64,000 bases of DNA, from assembly GCA_963712275.1 (NCBI GenBank), contig CAVQHD010000001.1:608001-672000 (forward strand), in the 5' to 3' direction. The DNA is from an uncultured Rhabdochlamydiaceae bacterium. Its GTDB lineage: Bacteria > Chlamydiota > Chlamydiia > Chlamydiales > Rhabdochlamydiaceae. Made by a program: the position numbers and the translations under genes. Each line of letters opens with the position of its first letter. Position 1 is the first letter of the stretch. Of this stretch, positions 40,765-50,361 are shown in pieces. The notes beneath the pieces are model-generated. The model made no database searches, was not told where the DNA came from, and worked only from the letters and a program-made list of their open reading frames with translations.

Positions 40765-42015
40765 ATGGAACAAGCTGTTTTAGTTTATTTGGACCTCGAA
40801 GGTGTTCCAATGAAAGTCGGAGAGCTTTGGGCGCGCTACCGCAATGGACGCGAAAGTGTCTCTTTTGAATATAATCGGGATTGGTTAAACCATCCAAATC
40901 GATTCTCTTTGGATCCGGCTTTGCAACTCATTGAAGGCCCTTTTCACTCATCGTCCGATAAGCCTCTTTTCGGGGCGATTGATGATTCTGCGCCTGATCG
41001 GTGGGGCCGTCTCCTCATGCGTCGTTCCGAAAGAAAAAAAGCCGAACGGGAAAAACGGACGCCTCGTGCCTTAAATGAAATTGATTTTCTATTGATGGTA
41101 GATGATGAAGGAAGGCAAGGGGCGCTCCGCTTTAAACGAGAAGAACAGAGTTCTTTCTTAACCACCTACGATAAAAATCAGATTCCTCTGTTAATTGCAG
41201 TTGGCAAGCTGCTCACGGCGGCAACCCATGTCTTACAAGAATCGGATACTGAAGAAGACCTTCGACTCTTGCTTGCTCCCGGCTCTTGCCTAGGAGGGGC
41301 AAGGCCAAAAGCTTCCGTCAAGGACAAAGATGGTCATTTAGCCATTGCCAAATTTCCTCGTAAAGATGATGAAATAGATACCATCGGTTGGGAAGCGGTT
41401 GCCCTCACTCTTGCAAGCAAAGCTGGAATCGAAGTGCCTGAGTGGCGGCTTGAATCTGTGGGCCGAGAGCGGATCTTGCTATCTCGGAGATTTGACAGGA
41501 AAAGAAATGTCCGCATCCCTTTTCTTTCGGCCATGAGCGCTCTGATGGCAAAAGACAATGAGATGCACAGTTATCTCGAGATTGCCGATGTCATTCGGCA
41601 GATGAGTGTTTCTTCTAATGAAGATCTTGAGGCTTTATGGCGCCGCATCGTCTTCAATGTTTTGATTTCCAACGTGGATGATCATTTACGCAATCACGCA
41701 TTTCTTTACTCTGGTCTTTCTGGTTGGCGCCTGGCTCCTGCGTACGACTTAAATCCCACACCGACTGATATTAAGCCGAGAATTTTAGCTACTTCAATTG
41801 ATCTAATCGATCCGAGCGCTTCTCTTGATTTAGCAATCGACGCGGCTCACTATTTTGACCTTGAAAACCTACAAGCCAAAAAAATTGTAAAAGAGGTCGG
41901 TTCTGCTGTGGTCTCATGGCGTAAAGAGGCTCTCAAGCTTAAGATCAAAAAGAGAGAAATCGACCGGATGGCCTCCGCTTTTGAGCACGAAGATCTTCAG
42001 AAGGCTATGCGGTAG
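40765..42015 (+). CDS. hipA: HipA-family Ser/Thr kinase toxin
   Basis: DSAPDRWGR, GSCLGGARPKA, IAKFP, RRFDR, NVDDHLRNH, LAPAYD. Confidence 0.92.
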   Translation: MEQAVLVYLDLEGVPMKVGELWARYRNGRESVSFEYNRDWLNHPNRFSLDPALQLIEGPFHSSSDKPLFGAIDDSAPDRWGRLLMRRSERKKAEREKRTPRALNEIDFLLMVDDEGRQGALRFKREEQSSFLTTYDKNQIPLLIAVGKLLTAATHVLQESDTEEDLRLLLAPGSCLGGARPKASVKDKDGHLAIAKFPRKDDEIDTIGWEAVALTLASKAGIEVPEWRLESVGRERILLSRRFDRKRNVRIPFLSAMSALMAKDNEMHSYLEIADVIRQMSVSSNEDLEALWRRIVFNVLISNVDDHLRNHAFLYSGLSGWRLAPAYDLNPTPTDIKPRILATSIDLIDPSASLDLAIDAAHYFDLENLQAKKIVKEVGSAVVSWRKEALKLKIKKREIDRMASAFEHEDLQKAMR

Positions 42016-42191
42016 GGGAAAGTAAGTTTTTGGACGTCGCCCTATTTGTTAGAAAAATTCTCTTTACCTGGGGAGTTTCTTCTCATGAATACGACTTTAC
42101 AGATGCAAACGATCATTTCAGGATCATCGATCGCCTGATTCAAAAAATAGATTAACAACCTAAAAAAATGTCATTCGTGTAGAATTTAGCC

Positions 42192-43094
42192 ATGGTGTCA
42201 TGTACAGAAACAATCAGCCCTCGTGTCGACATTGCCTTTAAAAAGATCTTTGGTGTTGAAGAGAATAAAGACCTCTTAATCTCGCTCATTAACTCGATTG
42301 TAGGACCTGACGATCAGGTCACCGATGTGACCCTTTTAAACCCTTACAACCCTAAAAATTTTAGAGAAGATAAGCTCTCGATCTTAGACATCAAGGCCGA
42401 AGGCAAAGATGGGAAGCGATTCAATATCGAAATTCAAATCAGTGATGAAGCCGATTACGATAAAAGAGCCCTCTACTATTGGGCAAAGCTGTATACGGAG
42501 CAGCTCAAAGCCGCAGAAGATTATGCTCTATTATCCAAGGCTATTGGAATCCATATCCTCAACTTCACATCGATTCCTAGAGAGGAAAAATACCACAACG
42601 TCTTCCATATCCGAGAACAAGCAAGCCACCTGCCCTATTTTGAAGACTTAGAACTGCATACCATCGAGCTAAAAAAGTTCTGCAGCAACCGTCAAGAAGA
42701 GCTCTCTGATCTGATTGTTAAAGTGAAAACATCACTCGATATGTGGGTCGCTTTTTTAACGCGGCATGATCTGCTCAAAAAAGATCACCTGCCAGCTCCT
42801 TTAAACAATCCGTCTTTGCAAAAAGCCCTCCATGTGCTGGATGTGATGAATTTTGGACCCGAAGAGCGGGAAGCGTATGAAGACCATCTTAAATGGCTGA
42901 GAATTGAAACGAATACCCTGAAAAAAGCGGAAGAAAAAGGACGAAAACAAGGGATCCAAGAAGGGGAGAGAAAAAAGAGTTTAGAAGTCGCCCAAAAGAT
43001 GCTTCTACAAGGGTTTTCTATGAAGCAAGTCGTTCAGATCACTGGGCTTTCCGAGTCAGAGGTTAAGCAGCTTGAGAGGAAATCTTCATTCTAA
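42192..43094 (+). CDS. Rpn-family recombination-promoting nuclease/putative transposase
   Basis: DIAFKKIFG, LDI.A...FNIEIQ, RALYYW, C-terminal EG.K...VA.KML...ITGLS. Confidence 0.92.
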   Translation: MVSCTETISPRVDIAFKKIFGVEENKDLLISLINSIVGPDDQVTDVTLLNPYNPKNFREDKLSILDIKAEGKDGKRFNIEIQISDEADYDKRALYYWAKLYTEQLKAAEDYALLSKAIGIHILNFTSIPREEKYHNVFHIREQASHLPYFEDLELHTIELKKFCSNRQEELSDLIVKVKTSLDMWVAFLTRHDLLKKDHLPAPLNNPSLQKALHVLDVMNFGPEEREAYEDHLKWLRIETNTLKKAEEKGRKQGIQEGERKKSLEVAQKMLLQGFSMKQVVQITGLSESEVKQLERKSSF

Positions 43095-43114
43095 AACGAG
43101 AAGGAAGAGTTCAT

Positions 43115-44089
43115 ATGCTAACAATACGTCCGCGGCGTAATCGCCACACGCATGCGATTCGGTGCATGGTAGAAGAGACGATCTTGCGGCCTGCCGATCT
43201 CACGGTCCCTTTTTTTGTCATTGAGGGAGCTCAAAGAAAAGAGGAGATTCAGTCGCTTCCTGGCATTGATCGAATGACGATTGACCTTGTGGTGAAGGAA
43301 GCTGAGCGGTACCACCGTCAGGGGATTCCTTCGATTGCCCTCTTTCCTGTGATTGAGAGATCGTTGAAAGACCCTGAAGGCTCGAAAGCGCTCGATCCGG
43401 AGGGGCTCATTCCTCGAGCCCTGCGGGTGATAAAGAAAGAGATTCCATCCTTGTGTGTAATTACGGATATTGCTCTTGATCCTTTCACATCGCATGGGCA
43501 CGATGGGGTGGTGGACGAAACGGGTCATGTGCTCAATGATCCCACAGTTGAGATTCTCTGTGAAATGGCTCGTGTCTATGGTGCTGCCGGTGCAGATCTT
43601 GTCGCTCCGAGCGATATGATGGATGGGCGGATTGGAGCGATCCGTCAAATGCTCGATGAAAAGAGATTGGAAACTGTTGGTATTCTGTCCTATACAGCCA
43701 AATACGCCTCATCTCTTTACAGTCCGTTTCGCGAGGCGCTGGGATCAGGGCTCAAATCCGGAGACAAAAAAAGTTATCAAATGAACCCTGCTAACAGCCG
43801 CGAAGCCGTTCGTCAAGCGATTCTAGATATTAAGCAGGGTGCAGATATGGTGATGGTTAAACCGGCTCTTTTCTATCTGGATGTGATTGCAAAACTGCGC
43901 GCTGAGGTGCATGTTCCTGTCTGCGCTTATCATGTGAGTGGAGAGTACGCAATGGTGATGGCTGCCCATGCAGAAGGATGGCTTGATGCCCCCAAAGTTT
44001 TTTATGAAGGGTTGCTCAGCATTAAAAGAGCCGGCGCCGATTTTATCTTAACCTATGCGGCAGATCAGGTTCTTTCGATGATTTCTTAG
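43115..44089 (+). CDS. hemB: Porphobilinogen synthase (ALA dehydratase)
   Basis: DIALDPFTSHGHDG, APSDMMDGR, YQMNP, MVKP, YHVSGEY. Confidence 0.96.
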   Translation: MLTIRPRRNRHTHAIRCMVEETILRPADLTVPFFVIEGAQRKEEIQSLPGIDRMTIDLVVKEAERYHRQGIPSIALFPVIERSLKDPEGSKALDPEGLIPRALRVIKKEIPSLCVITDIALDPFTSHGHDGVVDETGHVLNDPTVEILCEMARVYGAAGADLVAPSDMMDGRIGAIRQMLDEKRLETVGILSYTAKYASSLYSPFREALGSGLKSGDKKSYQMNPANSREAVRQAILDIKQGADMVMVKPALFYLDVIAKLRAEVHVPVCAYHVSGEYAMVMAAHAEGWLDAPKVFYEGLLSIKRAGADFILTYAADQVLSMIS

Positions 44090-44096
44090 AGACTGT

Positions 44097-44828
44097 CTAA
44101 GGATGCCGAAGGTGGAGTGTTTTGCCCTGCGTGCGGAGCTGCTCTAAGATTTGTGGATATCTGACGTGGAAGGGAGAGATGACGACGCCGTCATTTAAAC
44201 GGCTTTCGATCACCTCTTGAGGGCTCAAAACAATGAGGACATGCCCCTTCCAGACAATGAGGTCAAGCGGCTCAAGAGCGGCTTGAACATCTTTTAGAGA
44301 AAAAACGTCGACTTCGATCTCTTTCCCATAATGAATCAGTTGACTTGTATTTCTCGGCGTGACCCCTTGAGAGGCTTGAAAGAGAAGACCTGAGCAGTCG
44401 ACGCCTTTGCAGAGTGCATCTTCTTGATCATCGGAAGAGCGAAGGTTGGGATACATCTCTAGCATCTCTGGAATTCCTTGCGCCCAATTTCCTCCCCAAA
44501 AATACCGTGTTCCCACAAGGGATACCATCCACTGCAACATCGCTTTCGAAGAAGGAAGATGCTTGATCCGCTCAGGTGCATTGGGAAGGCATGGCGCAAG
44601 AAAACGGCTGTCGACATACAGAGGAGTTTTGGAAGGATATTCTGATAGGGTGGCTTGGATTGCATTGCAGGCCTCTTCTTTGACGCAGGTTAATTTCGTT
44701 CCAGGGAAAGCAATGGCTTCAACGCTTTTGATCAACCCTTGAGAATCTTTGGGCAGCGTTGATTGAAGGTGAGGGAAAACAGGCGTATTGTAGATGGGAG
44801 TAGGGAGAGTTGTGACATAGGTTGACAT
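44097..44828 (-). CDS. NlpC/P60-family peptidoglycan peptidase
   Basis: Y.WGG, GVDCSGL, PRNT, GHV. Confidence 0.85.
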   Translation of the reverse strand: MSTYVTTLPTPIYNTPVFPHLQSTLPKDSQGLIKSVEAIAFPGTKLTCVKEEACNAIQATLSEYPSKTPLYVDSRFLAPCLPNAPERIKHLPSSKAMLQWMVSLVGTRYFWGGNWAQGIPEMLEMYPNLRSSDDQEDALCKGVDCSGLLFQASQGVTPRNTSQLIHYGKEIEVDVFSLKDVQAALEPLDLIVWKGHVLIVLSPQEVIESRLNDGVVISPFHVRYPQILEQLRTQGKTLHLRHP

Positions 44829-44850
44829 TTTCGCACCTACCTTTTAGCAT
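44822..44850 (+). promoter_or_regulatory. Putative promoter for oppA
   Basis: TTGACA-17 nt-TAGCAT, 7 nt before ATG 44858. Confidence 0.45.
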
Positions 44851-44857
44851 ATTTATT

Positions 44858-46435
44858 ATGCGCTTATTTACAAAGTGGCTCTTTCTTATCATCCCATTTT
44901 TATGTACGGCATGTTCTTCAAAAACAGATGATGCCCTCCGGATGAATATTGGAGGAGAGCCCCATACGCTTGATCCACGAAAAGCGCGTGATTTACAATC
45001 TCTGACAATCACAAAAATGTTTTTTGAGGGGCTGACCCGCATTAATCCTCAAGAAATTGCAGAGCTTGCTCTAGCAGAAAAAGTGGATGTATCCTCCGAT
45101 GGAAAAATTTACACTTTTCATTTAAGAAATGCCGTGTGGAGTACGGGAGCAAAAGTCACGGCGCACGATTTTGCGTATGCATGGTCAAAAGTACTGGATC
45201 CCCATTTTCCGGCAGATCAGGCGTTTCAAATGTATGTCATTAAAAATGGGAAGAGTTGTAAAGAAGGGAAGGTTGTTTTTGAACAGGTGGGGGTGCAGGT
45301 TCTTGACGACCAAACACTTCAAGTTGAGCTTGAGCATCCGATTCCTTATTTTCTAGAACTCACAGCCCTTCCAGTTTTTTTTCCTGTTTCTCAAAAAGTT
45401 GATGTCGTCAATCCTCATTGGGCAGCCGACGCTCAAACAATGATTGGAAATGGCCCTTTTTTAATGAAGCAGTGGAAGCACAATGATCACTTGCTTGCGG
45501 TTAAAAATCAGACCTACTGGGATGCATCTCATGTCAAGCTGCGCAAAATCGATCTCGTGATGGTAAGCGAAGAGACAGAGCTTAAAATGTATGAGAAGGG
45601 AGAGCTGAACTGGGCGGGATCTCCTTTATCAACACTTCCCGTGGGGGCTCTTAAAGAGCTCAAAAAAAAGGGAAAGCTTCAAGTTAAACCGTTTTTAGCA
45701 ACCTATTTCTTTCGGACGAATATTGAAGCAGAACCCTTTCAACATCCCCTGATGCGTAAAGCATTTGCTTTAGCTTTGAAGCGATCTGAGATTGTCGAGC
45801 ATATCACTCAGGGAGGACAGCTTCCTGCAACGGGACTTATTCCTCCTTCGCTGGGGGTTCAACAAATGCCGTATTTTCAGGATGGAGATTTAACCTTAGC
45901 ACGGCAAGCTTTTGAAGAGGCGCTTCAAGCAGAAGGGTTAACCCGCACGACGCTTCCGCCCATTTCACTCATGTATGTCGCAGGCGAAAGAAATCACCTC
46001 ATCGCTCAAACGGTTCAAGAACAGTGGAGAGGCGCTTTTGGAATTACGATTCAGCTTCATGCCGTTGAAAGAAAAGTATTTTTTGACCGTATTTCAAAGC
46101 GGAACTTTCAGCTGGCGGCTGGATCGTGGACTGCAGACTTTAGCGATGGGATGAACTTCTTAGAGATTTTTAAGTTTAAAGCAGGAGGCTCTAATAACAC
46201 CTCCTGGGAAAATCTCCACTACCGTGAGCTCCTGGACCAGGCGCTTGAAGTCAATGACCCCCAAGTGCGGAAAAATATCTTTCGTGAATGTGAATCGATC
46301 CTGATGCAAGAAATGCCTATCATCCCTCTTTTTCACTATACCTTACTCTATGTCTCCGACAACGTTAAAGACGTTGTGCTGTCTCACCTAGGAGGACTCG
46401 ATTTAAAATGGGCGTCTGTGGAAGAGTATAAATAA
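44858..46435 (+). CDS. oppA: Oligopeptide ABC transporter substrate-binding lipoprotein
   Basis: Lipobox CTAC, EP.TLDP, FEGL, YTFHLR, GNGPF, W.AD. Confidence 0.92.
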   Translation: MRLFTKWLFLIIPFLCTACSSKTDDALRMNIGGEPHTLDPRKARDLQSLTITKMFFEGLTRINPQEIAELALAEKVDVSSDGKIYTFHLRNAVWSTGAKVTAHDFAYAWSKVLDPHFPADQAFQMYVIKNGKSCKEGKVVFEQVGVQVLDDQTLQVELEHPIPYFLELTALPVFFPVSQKVDVVNPHWAADAQTMIGNGPFLMKQWKHNDHLLAVKNQTYWDASHVKLRKIDLVMVSEETELKMYEKGELNWAGSPLSTLPVGALKELKKKGKLQVKPFLATYFFRTNIEAEPFQHPLMRKAFALALKRSEIVEHITQGGQLPATGLIPPSLGVQQMPYFQDGDLTLARQAFEEALQAEGLTRTTLPPISLMYVAGERNHLIAQTVQEQWRGAFGITIQLHAVERKVFFDRISKRNFQLAAGSWTADFSDGMNFLEIFKFKAGGSNNTSWENLHYRELLDQALEVNDPQVRKNIFRECESILMQEMPIIPLFHYTLLYVSDNVKDVVLSHLGGLDLKWASVEEYK

Positions 46436-46884
46436 TGAGATGGCAGCTAAAAACTCTTTTTTTTCTACTTTTAATAGGGGAAGCATGGGCAGGCACTGTT
46501 CGTCTTGCCAATAATACTTCCTATAAGCTCCGGGCAGTGATTCGGGCTGCAGATGGATCCTATCTAGGGGAAGTAATCGTGATGCCTCAGCAAACCATGC
46601 AGTGGAACGACTATTGGGGAGGTGTTGGATATTATAATCAATCTCAAACTCCCTACACCGTGCTGTGGTTTTGCCTAGATGGAGGAGATTTTGCCATCTG
46701 CGACAACGTCCCTCCTGGCGCTACCATCACCGCACTAGGTTGTGATGGAATTCGCTCCTGTAAGCCTCAGAAAAAGCAGCAATACCCTCCTTTACAAGGC
46801 GCTCCTACCGAAGAGTATCTCCAACAACAAGAGCAGCAAGGCATGGAGAAAGAAGCCGGCCCTCCAGAAGGCCAACTGGAATAA
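46435..46884 (+). CDS. Secreted hypothetical protein
   Basis: Signal peptide (AWA), Cys-containing beta-rich domain, Gln/Glu-rich tail; coupled to oppA. Confidence 0.7.
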   Translation: MRWQLKTLFFLLLIGEAWAGTVRLANNTSYKLRAVIRAADGSYLGEVIVMPQQTMQWNDYWGGVGYYNQSQTPYTVLWFCLDGGDFAICDNVPPGATITALGCDGIRSCKPQKKQQYPPLQGAPTEEYLQQQEQQGMEKEAGPPEGQLE

Positions 46885-46987
46885 GAAACTGTCTACTTTT
46901 CACCAACTTGCGGTATAATATCCTCCTATCACACTGAAATATGGCATTGTGGTATTTTGTCCAAACACCAGCTTGTAGAAAAATAGC

Positions 46988-48667
46988 ATGAAAAAACCAC
47001 TTCCTATTGGAATTAGCGATTTCAAGAAAATAATAGATGGGGGTTATGCCTACATTGATAAAACCCTTTTGATTCAAGAGATTGTAGAAAAGGGAACTCA
47101 TGTTGCGCTGATTCCACGACCGCGCCGTTTTGGCAAGACTCTGAACCTTTCGATGTTACGGTATTTCTTTGAGAAAGGGGAAGAAGATACAAGCTATTTG
47201 TTTAAAGGCCTGAATATTTGGAAAAATGAGAAATACCAAACTTTACAGGGGCAATTTCCTGTGATTTCGATTTCACTCAAAGATGTGAAACATGCCACGT
47301 GGGAGGAAACCTTTAAGGTCTTGCGTAAATGCATTGCGAAAGAATTTGAACGACATAGCTACATCTTAGAAAGAGAAACCCTTACAGCAAGAGAAAAAGA
47401 ACTTTATCATAGAATCCTTTCCGAGGAAGAGGATAAAGCTTTAATTGAGCAGACGCTTCTTCTGCTGACGGAGTGGCTGCATCGTTATCACAAAAAACAA
47501 GTCATTCTCCTGATCGACGAATATGATACCCCAACGCATGCTGCCTATATTGGAAAATATTATAATGTTTTTATCGACTTTATTCGAAATTGGTTGTCAG
47601 CAGGCCTGAAAGATAATTTTCATCTAGAGCGAGGAGTTCTCACAGGCATTCTCCGTATTGCCAAGGAAAGCATTTTTTCAGGATTAAATAACATCAGTAC
47701 CTTTACAATCCTGAGCGAGGAGTTTCAGGATAAATTTGGATTATTAGAACCAGAAGTTAAAGGGCTTTTAGAGCAATGCGATCTCTCCGATAAGCTTTCA
47801 GAAATAAGTCAGTGGTATGATGGTTATCGGATTGGATCCTGCCCTGGAATTTATAATCCTTGGTCTGTTTTAAACTGCATAGCTAAAAAAGGGGCTTTAT
47901 CTCCTTATTGGGTCAATACAAGCGATAATGCTTTAATGAAACATCTCATTGTTCAGGGAACTGAGGATCTGAAAGCAGATATGGAGGAACTTCTTAGAGG
48001 CGGTCTTGTAGAAAAGACGATTGAGGAGGGAATTGTGTTTTCTCAATTTGAGCAAGGCTCTAGTGCTGTATGGTCTTTGCTTCTTTACAGCGGCTATTTA
48101 ACGATTCATGAAACTCCCTCCTATGGTGTTCCATGTCAATTGCGAATACCCAATATTGAGGTCAGCGAGCTTTACAAGACAATGATTTTGGATTGGTTTA
48201 AAACCAGTATCCATGAACACAAATACCGTATGCTCTTAAGCAGCCTCATCAGTGGTAATATTGACACTTTTTCTCAACTTTTTAAAGAATTTATGATCTC
48301 GTCAGTGAGTGTTTTTGATTTATCTTCTGAAGAGCCGGAGAAAATTTATCATGCATTTATTTTAGGCATTCTGATTGGGCTCAAAGATCAATATGAAGTT
48401 AAGTCGAATCGAGAAAGCGGCCTTGGCAGATATGATGTCATGTTAATCCCTAAAGATGTAAGCAAGCTGGGCATCCTCATGGAGTTTAAAAAGGTGGGCC
48501 GTTTTGAGAAAATGGATTTAGAGCAGGCGGTTGTTTCGGCGCTTAAACAGATTGAAGATAGGCAATATGCTCAAGAGCTGCTCGACCGCGGCGTCAATCG
48601 TATTTTGTATCTCGGTTTTGCTTTTGAGGGTAAAGACGTTCTTATCCGCTCAAAATTTAGAACCTAA
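46988..48667 (+). CDS. AAA-ATPase-like protein with C-terminal PD-(D/E)XK nuclease
   Basis: LPIGISDF, RPRRFGKT, LIDEYD, YNPWS, SNRESGLGRYD...MEFK. Confidence 0.92.
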   Translation: MKKPLPIGISDFKKIIDGGYAYIDKTLLIQEIVEKGTHVALIPRPRRFGKTLNLSMLRYFFEKGEEDTSYLFKGLNIWKNEKYQTLQGQFPVISISLKDVKHATWEETFKVLRKCIAKEFERHSYILERETLTAREKELYHRILSEEEDKALIEQTLLLLTEWLHRYHKKQVILLIDEYDTPTHAAYIGKYYNVFIDFIRNWLSAGLKDNFHLERGVLTGILRIAKESIFSGLNNISTFTILSEEFQDKFGLLEPEVKGLLEQCDLSDKLSEISQWYDGYRIGSCPGIYNPWSVLNCIAKKGALSPYWVNTSDNALMKHLIVQGTEDLKADMEELLRGGLVEKTIEEGIVFSQFEQGSSAVWSLLLYSGYLTIHETPSYGVPCQLRIPNIEVSELYKTMILDWFKTSIHEHKYRMLLSSLISGNIDTFSQLFKEFMISSVSVFDLSSEEPEKIYHAFILGILIGLKDQYEVKSNRESGLGRYDVMLIPKDVSKLGILMEFKKVGRFEKMDLEQAVVSALKQIEDRQYAQELLDRGVNRILYLGFAFEGKDVLIRSKFRT

Positions 48668-50361
48668 GATCCTATCTTTGCAACAAGGATGGAGGAGACT
48701 TGATTCAGAGGATATGTGGTCTCTAAAATAAAGCCTGTCTCTTTCAATAAGCTGTTAAAATGGTCTAGGGTTCTTTCAGCCCCTCCCGTCATGACGAGCA
48801 TATTCAGATCTAAAAGGGCTCCTTGGCCGCTCTTTTCATCGAGAATGTTCTCGATGATATAAATCCGATTGTCAGGATTATTTGAGAGTGCAGAGCGAAG
48901 TTTTTTCAAAATCTGGATGGCCTCTTTATCAGGCCAATCGTGAAGCACTCTTGAGAGAATGGCGCTTTCAGTTGTAAATAGAGGCCAATTTTTGAAAAAG
49001 TCTGCTGGGATTAGCTTGAGTCTTTCTTTTAAGAAAAATGGGACTTTAACAAGAGAGATCACATTTGGCAAATCTAAAAGCATTCCGGTTAGATGAGGGT
49101 TTTGGTTTAAAATGTCGATTAGCAAAGTTCCGCTTGATCCCCCGACATCGAGCAGGGAGTGATGCTTGCTGAGGTTGATCAAAGAGCAGAAGGCCTGATA
49201 ATCCCGCTTGGCGTAGATCGATAGAACATGATGATATAATTGATTTTTCTCAGGATGATCTTTTAACCAATCAAACCATTCCTTTCCAAAAAGTTGACCG
49301 AAAGCTGGCCGCTCCGTTTTGAGGCTGCTGAGTAAGTGTGTCCAGGAAGTTAAGTGCTCATCCTTCCAAAGATCAATTGCGCTTTTTAATGAAAAAGGGT
49401 GCTGCGAATGGAAAAAAGCCCCTTTTGTCGTCAAATACCAATGATTCTGCTCTGATTGCACTAATCCCATTTCTTGGAGAGCTCGCAAAAGCTTAAGAGT
49501 GGAAAGCTCTGCAATCAAGAGAAGCTCTGAGAGCTTTTTTGTCGAATTGGGAAGGTGTTCAAATAATTGGAGCTCATTTGCTGCTTTAATCGTATAAAAA
49601 CGCCAATAGGAGACTAATTCTCCTGAGAGCTCGTGAAATTCATCTTCTCTTGCCTTTCGGAGAGTGTGAACTTTCTCCCCGTTTTCGGTGATGAGATCAA
49701 GTCCGCCTAGAACCGTTTCGACTCGAGCGGTTCCATTATAAAAAGGTTCGATGTTTTTATAACGGCTGCCATAGGCAGGGTTGCCTTGACGGTCGATATG
49801 AAACCATCCTTTGTCATCTTTTGCCCTTGCAAAGCCTTTATGGTAGACATCGAGATCAACAAACCATTTCCCATGGAGTGGGTTCCCACTGAAATCGATA
49901 TGGGTGTGCAAACCGCTCTCATTTTGTACAACAGCATAACCCTCACGAAAATCTCCTGCATACCGAAACGAAGAGGCATAACCCTTTTTTCCCTGCTCAT
50001 TGATATGGAAAAAATAGCCGTTAAAATCTTTTACAATACAGTGTCTTTCTTGAAAGTTTCCACACCAGGAAAATCGATCCTGATATAACGGCGTTCCATC
50101 AGCGAGAAGATGATACCATCCCAGAACCGATTGAACAGCAGCTCTGCCTTCATAAAATCCAAAGGTTCTGAGGAAGCGATGAGAATAAGCTGGATTTCCT
50201 TGGATATCGATATGAAAAGCGCCGCTTTCATCTTGTACAGCTGCAAGGCCAGGTTCATGAAATTTAAGCACAGATAAAAACCTTGCAGAATAGGCAGGGT
50301 GATAATCGATTAAATGGTGTGTTTGATCAGAAGACACTTCAAAGGCTTGCCAGTTCAACAT
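48664..50361 (-). CDS. WG-repeat beta-propeller-like domain fused to O-methyltransferase (Methyltransf_2 type)
   Basis: Five to six repeats of F.EG.A.V....G.FHID..G...Y; C-terminal LDVGGSSG, DFF, SRVLHDWPD, DLNMLV.TGG.ER. Confidence 0.82.
   Translation of the reverse strand: MLNWQAFEVSSDQTHHLIDYHPAYSARFLSVLKFHEPGLAAVQDESGAFHIDIQGNPAYSHRFLRTFGFYEGRAAVQSVLGWYHLLADGTPLYQDRFSWCGNFQERHCIVKDFNGYFFHINEQGKKGYASSFRYAGDFREGYAVVQNESGLHTHIDFSGNPLHGKWFVDLDVYHKGFARAKDDKGWFHIDRQGNPAYGSRYKNIEPFYNGTARVETVLGGLDLITENGEKVHTLRKAREDEFHELSGELVSYWRFYTIKAANELQLFEHLPNSTKKLSELLLIAELSTLKLLRALQEMGLVQSEQNHWYLTTKGAFFHSQHPFSLKSAIDLWKDEHLTSWTHLLSSLKTERPAFGQLFGKEWFDWLKDHPEKNQLYHHVLSIYAKRDYQAFCSLINLSKHHSLLDVGGSSGTLLIDILNQNPHLTGMLLDLPNVISLVKVPFFLKERLKLIPADFFKNWPLFTTESAILSRVLHDWPDKEAIQILKKLRSALSNNPDNRIYIIENILDEKSGQGALLDLNMLVMTGGAERTLDHFNSLLKETGFILETTYPLNQVSSILVAKIGS

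Noticed and set aside
42030..42155. Short open frame after hipA (...TWGVSSHEYDFTDANDHFRIIDRLIQKID)
   Set aside because: No convincing start or motif; at most a gene-tail remnant, not supportable as an antitoxin.
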